Shown piece after piece: positions 28,194 through 36,652 of a stretch of 64,000 bases of DNA. The stretch comes from a bacterium (GTDB lineage Bacteria > Zhuqueibacterota > Zhuqueibacteria > Residuimicrobiales > Krinioviventaceae). Every line of letters begins with the position of its first letter. The first letter of the stretch is position 1. The DNA is taken from contig CAXXMD010000003.1 in the NCBI GenBank assembly GCA_963675755.2, positions 2,272,001 to 2,336,000 of the forward strand, written 5' to 3'. The translations under genes and the position numbers were made by a program. The notes under the pieces are model-generated. The model did not search any database and was not told the origin of the DNA. It saw only the letters and a program-made list of their open reading frames with translations.

Positions 28194-29725
28194 AACCGTC
28201 TCCAGTTCCTTTTATCCTGACTCAAGAGGTTATCTGCTTCCTGGGGTCCCCAGGTTCCGGCAGTATATTGCGGAACAAGTGTGTTGCTGTTTTGCCAGTA
28301 TTCGAGAATGGGCGTTACCAGTTCCCATGCTTTTTTATTTTCGTCTGAGCGGGTGAATAATGTCGAATCACCAATCATGGCGTCAAGCAGTAATCGTTCA
28401 TAAGCATCGGGAGGAGCATCTCCAAAACTGGTGCCATAGCGAAAATCCATGGTTACCGGTCTAATGGTTTCACCGGGACCCGGTATTTTAGAATCGAATT
28501 TGAGGGTAATGCCTTCATCCGGCTGAATTTTAAGCGTCAGTACATTGGGAGGAATCTCTCCCTCGGGTCGCTCACCAAACAGCTGCAACGGTGCTTCTTT
28601 AAAATAGATTGCAATTTCGGTTACACGTTTGGGCATGCGTTTTCCTGCACGAAGATAGAACGGTACGTTTGCCCAGCGCCAGTTATCAATAAAAAGTTTC
28701 ATTGCAACATAAGTCTCGGTTTTAGAAGTGTCGGGAACGCCATCTTCTTCAAGGTAGCCGGGAACGGTTTCACCCAACATCGATCCGGATGCGTATTGAC
28801 CTCTTACTACATTTTGTTTGATCGAGTTTAAAGAGAGCTCTTTGACAGCTTTGAGTACTTTGACTTTTTCATCTCGAACCGCATTAGCATCGAAAGCAGA
28901 AGGGGGCTCCATAGCAAACAGACTGAACAATTGCAGCATATGGTTTTGTACAATATCCCTCATAATGCCTGTTTCTTCAAAGAAACGTCCCCGCCCTTCA
29001 ACGCCAATACTTTCAGCAACAGTAATCTGTACATGATCAATGTAGCGACGGTTCCAAATGGGTTCAAAAATACCATTGGCAAAACGAAAAACCAGAATAT
29101 TCTGTACGGTTTCTTTGCCCAGATAATGGTCAATACGGTAAATCTGGTCTTCTGTAAATACCTTGCTGATAACCTGGTCCAGCTCCAGAGCACTGTTGAG
29201 GTCCTGGCCAAAGGGTTTTTCAATAATAATACGGGTCCAGCCTTTATCATTTTGCGCCAGATTTGTTTTACCTATCTGCTCAATAATGGCTTCGTACTGA
29301 GAGGGCGGAGTAGCCAGGTAAAACAGGCGGTTGGGGACCAGATTGTTTTCTTGTTCATGGTCCTGAAGAACGGTTTTTAATGCAGAATACGGCTCTGTTT
29401 GTGTAAAATCTCCCATATGATACTGGATCAAGGAAAGAAATTTGGAAACATTTTTGTTTTTTTCTATATTGACCTTGGCGTATTTTATCAATCCCTCTTC
29501 CATATCCTTAACAAAATCCTGGGTGGTTTTGGGGCGACGGGCAAATGCAATTATTTTGAAATTTGAGGGTAAAAGTCCTTGTTCATATAAATTAAACAAA
29601 GAAGGAACAAGTTTTCTGCGGGTCAGATCACCGGTGGCCCCCAGAATGATCAAGGTGTTGGGGCCGGGCATTCTTTTTAATCTCATGCCTTTGCGCAGCG
29701 GGTTTTCAGAGCTTTGTGCTTGCAT
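28190..29725 (-). CDS. zwf: Glucose-6-phosphate 1-dehydrogenase
   Basis: GATGDLTRRK, EKPFG, RIDHYLGKE, RDIVQNH, PFYLRAGK, DAYERL. Start revised to ATG at 29725 (AAGGT RBS). Confidence 0.96.
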   Translation of the reverse strand: MQAQSSENPLRKGMRLKRMPGPNTLIILGATGDLTRRKLVPSLFNLYEQGLLPSNFKIIAFARRPKTTQDFVKDMEEGLIKYAKVNIEKNKNVSKFLSLIQYHMGDFTQTEPYSALKTVLQDHEQENNLVPNRLFYLATPPSQYEAIIEQIGKTNLAQNDKGWTRIIIEKPFGQDLNSALELDQVISKVFTEDQIYRIDHYLGKETVQNILVFRFANGIFEPIWNRRYIDHVQITVAESIGVEGRGRFFEETGIMRDIVQNHMLQLFSLFAMEPPSAFDANAVRDEKVKVLKAVKELSLNSIKQNVVRGQYASGSMLGETVPGYLEEDGVPDTSKTETYVAMKLFIDNWRWANVPFYLRAGKRMPKRVTEIAIYFKEAPLQLFGERPEGEIPPNVLTLKIQPDEGITLKFDSKIPGPGETIRPVTMDFRYGTSFGDAPPDAYERLLLDAMIGDSTLFTRSDENKKAWELVTPILEYWQNSNTLVPQYTAGTWGPQEADNLLSQDKRNWRRL

Positions 29726-29842
29726 ATTACGACCTTTGCATTGGGTTAATGTTTTGTTCAATTAACACCATGTAAATTGTCAAAATTCCGGTTATTGTTT
29801 TCAACTCGTCTGGTGTTTTAGAAACTGTCTACAGGAGTTTAG

Positions 29843-31312
29843 ATGAAAAAAATATTCAAAGTATTCATTGTTTTAATCATTACAGCTATGCTATTGGTCC
29901 TTTATGCTGTAGAGTTTGAACGCTATAATGTAAAGGTTGAAGAGATAACATTCAAGAGTTCAAAAATACATAATGATATTAAAATGGTCCATCTCTCGGA
30001 CCTTCATATTCTTCATTATACGGATTATGAAGATAAAGTTTTGAAAAAAGTGAATGCCCTGAATCCGGATGTTATTGTGATTACCGGAGATTTTTTCCCC
30101 GGTTCTGACATGCTGGAGATGGGACGACGGGCGGATATACGAAAGAATATAGAATATATTTTAAAATTTGTAACCGGGCTCAAGAGCAAATATGGTATTT
30201 GGGTGAGCCGGGGTAATGATGATTTTAGTAACGATATTGAGATCAGTGACCTGCTGCCTGAAGCGCTGTTGAGCAAAGGTGTGCACGTATTTACCAGCAC
30301 CGGTGGGTTCATGCCGCTGGGTACAGACACGCTGTTTGCAGCAGGTTTGGATTATACCGGTTATAATATCCGGGATGTTGCTGATCTTGTGATTAAAGAA
30401 CTAGAAGGTAACAAGATCTTTGAATCTCACTGGTCACGTAAAAATGCCTATTCTCACCTGGCGGATTTGAAGGATGAGAGCCAATGGCACGATTATACCT
30501 ATACCGGAAGATTCAGACAGACCCGGAACAAAAAGAGTGGTGTGGGCATTACTTTTTACTCTCAGATGCACAAAGGATTCGACAAGTTTTATCGGCTCCG
30601 TCAAACCGGTGAAGGCAACACGTTTCAGTTCTCGCCGCATGGTACCCGGGTGCAGGGAGATTCTTTGGATACGGGATTTAGCCCGCGTTTTAACAGATGG
30701 GTAAATTTTAAAATTCAATGTCGTACATTTGATGCATATACTGAAACTCGAGCCAAAGTGTGGTATGAAAGCTCAACCGAACCCACTAAATGGATGGCGG
30801 TAGCGCGAGATTCATCAAATAGCCGTTTAAAAGCGGGGAGTATTGGATTGTGGACCGCGGGTATGGGAGATAGGCAATATGATGATCTGTGTGTAACAAC
30901 ACTGGCTGGAGATACTTTATTGTTTGAGGATTTTGAAGCGTATTCTCTGGAAAGTGATCCTCCAGGCTGGCTGGATTTTGGATACCCGGAAGAGGTTATC
31001 CCTTTTTATTTCAAAGACCTGCCTGACCGATATCTGTCATTACTCTTGGCGCATACACCCTCGTATGTATATGAAGCGGATAAATACAATGTGGATTTGA
31101 TGCTAAGCGGACACACACATGGCGGTCAGATACGGATGCCCTTTGTAGGACCTGTATATAACAATACGACTATGAACAAGCGTTATATGAAAGGATTGCA
31201 CAAGTTTGAGCATACAACGTTGTATGTAACCCGCGGTATTGGTACAGTACTGGTACCCGCGCGGACGTTTTGTCCCCCTGAAATTACGCTGATTCATTTA
31301 AAAGCGGAATAA
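29843..31312 (+). CDS. YkuE-like membrane-anchored metallophosphoesterase with an inserted lectin/ConA-like beta-sandwich
   Basis: N-terminal TM, motifs SDLH, TGDF, RGNDD, LAHTP, SGHTHGGQ, and PPEIT. About 200 extra residues lie between motifs 3 and 4. Confidence 0.82.
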   Translation: MKKIFKVFIVLIITAMLLVLYAVEFERYNVKVEEITFKSSKIHNDIKMVHLSDLHILHYTDYEDKVLKKVNALNPDVIVITGDFFPGSDMLEMGRRADIRKNIEYILKFVTGLKSKYGIWVSRGNDDFSNDIEISDLLPEALLSKGVHVFTSTGGFMPLGTDTLFAAGLDYTGYNIRDVADLVIKELEGNKIFESHWSRKNAYSHLADLKDESQWHDYTYTGRFRQTRNKKSGVGITFYSQMHKGFDKFYRLRQTGEGNTFQFSPHGTRVQGDSLDTGFSPRFNRWVNFKIQCRTFDAYTETRAKVWYESSTEPTKWMAVARDSSNSRLKAGSIGLWTAGMGDRQYDDLCVTTLAGDTLLFEDFEAYSLESDPPGWLDFGYPEEVIPFYFKDLPDRYLSLLLAHTPSYVYEADKYNVDLMLSGHTHGGQIRMPFVGPVYNNTTMNKRYMKGLHKFEHTTLYVTRGIGTVLVPARTFCPPEITLIHLKAE

Positions 31313-31314
31313 TA

Positions 31315-32523
31315 TCAATAGGTGTTACGCAGACGTTTGATGATAACCAGGGTTGCATCATCATCCCATGCGACCCGGTTGCCAAATTCATAAACCGTAT
31401 CGAATACCAGATCAACAAGTTCTCTGGCTGACAGGTTTTTGTTCTTCTGCACCAGTTTTTTTAACCGTCCGAGTTCGAATTGTTCGTGTTTGTCATTTTC
31501 ACGTTCGACAATTCCATCACTAAAGATGACAAGTACCGAGTCTTCGGGGAGCTGTGCATATGAACGGTGGAGTTCAATATCTTTCATAAAACCCAGTGTA
31601 ATACCGGTTGCCGGCAATTCTTTGATCTTTTTGTCTTTAACAATAAAAGGTGCCGGGTGGCCCGCGTTTGCGTAAAACAAATGCCCATCCGGTTCAATCT
31701 CTCCCACAAACAGGGATACGAAATTGGTTGAATACGTACTGCGCTGTATCACTTCATTCAGCTTTCTAATGGTATGAACCAATCGTAGCTCTTTAGCGAG
31801 TCCCATTCTCAATCCAATAACAACATCTCGTACAAGCAGTGCTGCAGGTAAACCATGACCGCTGGCATCGCCAAAGCTTACGCCAAAAATACCTTCATCC
31901 AGATCAAAGTAATCATAAAAGTCGCCACCTACATATTCTGCAGGATTAGAGCGGCCCGCAATGTCATATCCTTTGTATTCCGGTGGTTTTTTGGGCAGCA
32001 GACTCTTTTGTATTTTTACGGCCTGTTCAATGGTATTTGACATAGAGTCTGAAAAAAGCCGGTAATTACACGCCATTCGGACTGCATTTAGAAATAGACT
32101 GACTTCTTCACGCATCCAGTTTTCACAAAGCTTGAATACAATGATCCAATGATGTTCAGGACTGTGTACCCATACCGCAGCGGGGATTTCTTTTTCTGTT
32201 GAACCTATAGCCAGAAAAAAAGAATAAAATCTGGCATCGTCATAGATATAACTACGGCTTGATGCAACCAGCTGCATAGCCTCCGCGGCAATGGGCAGGC
32301 GGGATGCAAATTTATGTTTCTGTTGAGGATCAATGGTTTTGATTAGAATGAAATCATCACCACGCTGTTCATAAAGTCTGCCATTACAAATACCCAGACG
32401 TTTACCAAAGCGTTTTTCAAGTTCGAGCAATATAAATTCTAAAAAATTACCATCTGTCTGGTCTATGCGAATTGCAGCCAGCAGGGCGTCCATTTCTCTA
32501 TAAAAGGATTTCGGGTCTATCAT
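31315..32523 (-). CDS. PP2C / SpoIIE-family serine phosphatase (RsbU-like) with GAF-like N-terminal region
   Basis: IQKSLLP, VGGDFYD, GDASGHGLPAAL, NAGHP, FSDGIVE, DDATL. ATG at 32523 chosen; the ORF track start is TTG at 32547. Confidence 0.9.
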   Translation of the reverse strand: MIDPKSFYREMDALLAAIRIDQTDGNFLEFILLELEKRFGKRLGICNGRLYEQRGDDFILIKTIDPQQKHKFASRLPIAAEAMQLVASSRSYIYDDARFYSFFLAIGSTEKEIPAAVWVHSPEHHWIIVFKLCENWMREEVSLFLNAVRMACNYRLFSDSMSNTIEQAVKIQKSLLPKKPPEYKGYDIAGRSNPAEYVGGDFYDYFDLDEGIFGVSFGDASGHGLPAALLVRDVVIGLRMGLAKELRLVHTIRKLNEVIQRSTYSTNFVSLFVGEIEPDGHLFYANAGHPAPFIVKDKKIKELPATGITLGFMKDIELHRSYAQLPEDSVLVIFSDGIVERENDKHEQFELGRLKKLVQKNKNLSARELVDLVFDTVYEFGNRVAWDDDATLVIIKRLRNTY

Positions 32524-32580
32524 GTTCTTCTCGAATGCGTAAATCAATTAATTCATAGTTTAATCAATTTTTACGACACC

Positions 32581-35500
32581 TCAAACAGATTTGTTTTGTG
32601 TGCCGGGTAATATTCGGAATAAAGCAATAATTACCACCACAAAAACAGCAATAATAATGCCTTGTATGGTTAGAACAGGGTTTCCCTGGTTGAGCAGCAT
32701 TTTGGATTCTATTGCCCCAAGAACCATCAAGGGTGTGAAAAAATATGTTAAATAATTATTCCTGGCAAAAAAGATGATAATAAATACCAGCCACAAGAGA
32801 ATGATGGATAAAAGTGCAGCCTGAAACAGCAATTCTGATAAAGTACGTACCTGTAATGTTATCAATGCCAGTAACATGGGAATTGCAATGGATCCGATCC
32901 AAAGGGGCTTTTTAAATACATCGTGCAGAATGAAAACCAAAAGGCCTGTGAGAAAGGTTATAAATAATGTCATATAGAGAATATATACAAGGTTAGAGTA
33001 GAATGGCAGCGGTGAATCAATAAATGATGGCGCCGACAGGCTGTTATTAAAAATAAATTTGGGGAAATGTTCAGACAAAATGGATTGTATTTGCGCAATA
33101 CCCCATAACCCTGTTACTGCAATAATCGATGTAAATACTGCGTCTAAAAATATTTTGTTTCGGTCTCTTTGCCGGGTCATGTGCAGACTGCCCGGAAACA
33201 ATGCAGAGCTCATGCTGAACAGCATGCCCAGACCGGCAAAAATAAACAACGTGCTGAGAAGAATGGTTAGCAGCGTAGATATTTGGAACATGGGTATAGA
33301 AATAGAGGTGTTGTAATATTTAAATGCCATATTAAACTGTGTTAATGCATCTATCAAGAACAATGCGGCTATAACACCTGCCAATAAAAGGGAGCGTTTC
33401 CAAGACAAACTGCCGACTTTGGCAATGCGAATAAATCGTAATATACCTAAAACAACCAGGCCCAACAATAGAGTCAGTCGTAAACCCAGGTGCAGTGTAT
33501 TCAGGGCTGTTTGTTTTTCGCGCTGACGCTGCCAGGCTTCGGGGATTTTGGGATAGATTGTAAATCGCGATACGATATCTCCCTGAAGATCAACGGCAAT
33601 GCGGAGATGCATGTCCTGGATGGTCAGGCTGTCAGCGTCCAGAGATTCCCATTCGAACCGATAGTCGGTACGGTTTTTCATCTTTTCCGAGGCGTCCTGC
33701 ACCAGTTTATACCTGTCCAGATTGCAGCCTTGTTGTGTTGCAAAATTTTGAGCTATAAACAGTGCGCTGTCTGGAGGGAGTGTTGCGCCCGGTGCGTCAT
33801 CATCAACCAGTTTTGAAAATGCCAGTACTTTTAAGGATTCAGGATCCAAATGCACGCGGTACTCTGTCTTTTGTAGTGGAATGTAATAGCGTACCGCCCA
33901 TCGTGGAGCTTTAATTTCATCTGAAAAAAGCGTCTTCAATTTAGAAAAATCACTGTGCTCTAGTACATATTTAGCCGCAAGCGAGTTGAACCGGTCTGTT
34001 GCATAGGTGATGGTTTTAAAAGAATCCACAGAAACATTGCGTTGCTGTAAAAATACATCTGCCGCAGCTTTGGCCTGTTCGGGACGAGTAGGGTATTTAG
34101 CATCAAGCTTTTCTGTTTTGATGAATCCGGTACAGCATAATAACAAAGCAATCACAATACCAATCAGCAGCCGTTTGCGGGGCAGGGGAGTATAGTGAAT
34201 TACTGGGACCTCTTTTTCTTCCGTGTGCTCAATATGGCATGTGCCTTCATTTTTATTAGAAATGTCTGTTTCGGACAGGAATGTTTTTGTTTTCAGATAA
34301 GCAATTAATGATATGAACAGGGGAATTAACAGAATCCCGCAACTTATGGATGCAGTCAGTATCAGATACGCATTGTTGGATCTCAGCAAGACCAGGGCGG
34401 TGTATAAAGCATCGATCGAATAGTGCCAGACCAGAGTTGCCAGAATACCAAAACGCAGCATGACAAAACCAATGACCACACCGGCAATGCCCACTTCGAG
34501 TCCGCGGATATAAAAGGGTTCCTGAGCATAATTGGCATGAGCAAAGCCCCAGATAAACGCAGGGATGATGACGGCAATCCATTGTTTTTTTACAAATTTA
34601 TTGAAAAAGGGGATGGAAAACATGCGTGAAATAAACTCTTCCGAAACCGCGGGTATAAATCCCGAAAGCAATACATAGACCCAGGGAAATGCAGTGTTTA
34701 GCATGTTGCTGTAAGGAATATCTTGCGGGGCCCAACCACCGAGTTTATCTGCGGCCAGGTAAAAAATTACCTGATAAGCGACGAATGCAAATGTCATGGT
34801 TATGCCAACAATGGTAGCAATTAAAAAGGATTTTGACCTTATGCTCTGCCATGTGAATAGACGAGTGAGAGAGGTTTGCTGCCGGTAACGTTCCCTGTAA
34901 AGCGGTTCTGCTGCTGCGGTTAGAAAAAATATTGCCGCGCCAGACATTAACGCCATTACCACATCCATCAGGATGTGACGCATAAAAAAACTGGACCATG
35001 ATTCTGTTGTGTCAAAATAAAACGTGCTTAACGGGATGTCGTTTAATTGAGATAATAGGGTTAATACTGCCGCTGTTATGCCAAAAAAGAAGGCAGTTTT
35101 CCATTTTACATCCAGGTTGCGCGTGTGATTGATCAGCATTACCAGCATGGCTGCAAGTGTCAGTAATAGCAGGAATGATGCTACATAGCCTGTCGTATTG
35201 TTTTTCGCACGTAGTTTTTCGTAACCGCGTGTCCAGCTGTCCGGAATATAGAGGAATTCGTTATAAGCACCGATTTGGTCTCCTTGAATTCTGATCTGAT
35301 ATCGGTATTCCGAGCCTTGTATGTCAAAGGATTGTAATTTCCAGACAAATGTATGGTCCGTTCTTTTGGGCATATCCTGCTGGCTATGTTCTACAAATTC
35401 CAATGTATCGGCAGAGATGTTGAGGGTGCGAAGGAATTGTTCAGCCAATTCTCTGGCATCTGAAACTGTTAAACTGTCTCCGACAGCTTCTTCGGGGACG

Positions 35501-35889
35501 ATGTGTGAGAATCCGGTCAATTCTCCCTGCGGGCTAATGTTGACGTCAAACTCTGTACGGTCCAGAGGCTTGAACCAGCGGTTGCTCCATCTCCACAATC
35601 TGACACGGCGGCCCATAATCTGGTTTGCCTGTTGGGCCCCCAGCTCTTTTTCAAGAAAGGTTTTTGCCCTATTGTCATGGTCAAAGACCGCAGCGTGCCT
35701 GAATCCGGTAATATCAATGGATTGAGATTGTAGAAATTGTTCCGCTATCTGTTTGGACTGGCTTTTGTTAACCTCAAAACGGATAGAGGCCTCAGGGAAG
35801 GCTTTATAAAAAAGATTCAGGATAATTATTAAAGAAAGAATAGCAATCCCCAGACAGCTCCATAATACCCGTAAATCTCTAGTTTTCAA
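32581..35889 (-). CDS. CPBP (CAAX/Rce1-like) intramembrane metalloprotease fused within a duplicated periplasmic-domain / multi-TM architecture
   Basis: CPBP motifs SEEFISR, FIWGFAH and WHYSID in the first half. Two homologous periplasmic modules (RTDHTFVW...IQGD...IPDSW and RTDYRFEW...LQGD...IPEAW). Confidence 0.82.
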   Translation of the reverse strand: MKTRDLRVLWSCLGIAILSLIIILNLFYKAFPEASIRFEVNKSQSKQIAEQFLQSQSIDITGFRHAAVFDHDNRAKTFLEKELGAQQANQIMGRRVRLWRWSNRWFKPLDRTEFDVNISPQGELTGFSHIVPEEAVGDSLTVSDARELAEQFLRTLNISADTLEFVEHSQQDMPKRTDHTFVWKLQSFDIQGSEYRYQIRIQGDQIGAYNEFLYIPDSWTRGYEKLRAKNNTTGYVASFLLLLTLAAMLVMLINHTRNLDVKWKTAFFFGITAAVLTLLSQLNDIPLSTFYFDTTESWSSFFMRHILMDVVMALMSGAAIFFLTAAAEPLYRERYRQQTSLTRLFTWQSIRSKSFLIATIVGITMTFAFVAYQVIFYLAADKLGGWAPQDIPYSNMLNTAFPWVYVLLSGFIPAVSEEFISRMFSIPFFNKFVKKQWIAVIIPAFIWGFAHANYAQEPFYIRGLEVGIAGVVIGFVMLRFGILATLVWHYSIDALYTALVLLRSNNAYLILTASISCGILLIPLFISLIAYLKTKTFLSETDISNKNEGTCHIEHTEEKEVPVIHYTPLPRKRLLIGIVIALLLCCTGFIKTEKLDAKYPTRPEQAKAAADVFLQQRNVSVDSFKTITYATDRFNSLAAKYVLEHSDFSKLKTLFSDEIKAPRWAVRYYIPLQKTEYRVHLDPESLKVLAFSKLVDDDAPGATLPPDSALFIAQNFATQQGCNLDRYKLVQDASEKMKNRTDYRFEWESLDADSLTIQDMHLRIAVDLQGDIVSRFTIYPKIPEAWQRQREKQTALNTLHLGLRLTLLLGLVVLGILRFIRIAKVGSLSWKRSLLLAGVIAALFLIDALTQFNMAFKYYNTSISIPMFQISTLLTILLSTLFIFAGLGMLFSMSSALFPGSLHMTRQRDRNKIFLDAVFTSIIAVTGLWGIAQIQSILSEHFPKFIFNNSLSAPSFIDSPLPFYSNLVYILYMTLFITFLTGLLVFILHDVFKKPLWIGSIAIPMLLALITLQVRTLSELLFQAALLSIILLWLVFIIIFFARNNYLTYFFTPLMVLGAIESKMLLNQGNPVLTIQGIIIAVFVVVIIALFRILPGTQNKSV

Positions 35890-35903
35890 TTTTCAACCCC
35901 TTG

Positions 35904-36644
35904 TTATTTGGATTGTGAGCGATGCTTTCTTGCTTCAAAAAAGACCAGCGCCGATGCTACCGATACATTCAGTGAATTGACTCTGCCATGCATGGGGATG
36001 TTTAATATAAAATCACAGTTTTCTCTTACAAGGCGGCGCATACCTTTGCCTTCACTGCCCATTACCAGAACGGTTGGACCGCTATAATCTGCCTTGTCGT
36101 AATCTTTATCTCCATCCTGATCAACACCCGATACCCAGAAACCCTGATCCTTCAATTCTTTGATAACGCGGTTCAGATTGGTGACCTGCGCAACCGGTAC
36201 ATGGGCCGCAGCTCCGGCAGAGGATTTGATGGCGGTTGGAGTCAGCTCGACAGCATTGTCTTTGGGGATAATTATGCCATGAATGCCCGCTCCATCAGCA
36301 GAGCGTATAATAGCACCCAGATTATGCGGATCCTGGACTCCATCCAGAATTGCGATGAGGGGCGGTTCGTTTCGTTTTTCGCTGATTGCTAGTATTGTTT
36401 CCAGTGTTGCGTATTGGGGCGGTCCGGTTTTTATGGCGATACCCTGGTGATTTTCTGTGCCTGCAATTTGTGCAAGTTGAAATTTACTGGTTTTTTTGAC
36501 AGATATTTTTTGTTTGGCAGCCATGTCCAGAATGTTTTGGATGGTACTGCCTTTGAGCTCGGCACTGATTAATAATTGTTTTACGGGCATTCCGGCAGAG
36601 AGCCACTCCATAACCGGATTTCTACCATAAATTATATTAGACAT
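35904..36644 (-). CDS. rlmB: 23S rRNA (guanosine-2251-2'-O)-methyltransferase
   Basis: YGRNPV.E, NHQGI, DPHNLGAIIRSA, GSEGKGM, SLNVSVA (SPOUT family). Confidence 0.93.
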   Translation of the reverse strand: MSNIIYGRNPVMEWLSAGMPVKQLLISAELKGSTIQNILDMAAKQKISVKKTSKFQLAQIAGTENHQGIAIKTGPPQYATLETILAISEKRNEPPLIAILDGVQDPHNLGAIIRSADGAGIHGIIIPKDNAVELTPTAIKSSAGAAAHVPVAQVTNLNRVIKELKDQGFWVSGVDQDGDKDYDKADYSGPTVLVMGSEGKGMRRLVRENCDFILNIPMHGRVNSLNVSVASALVFFEARKHRSQSK

Positions 36645-36652
36645 AATGTTCC

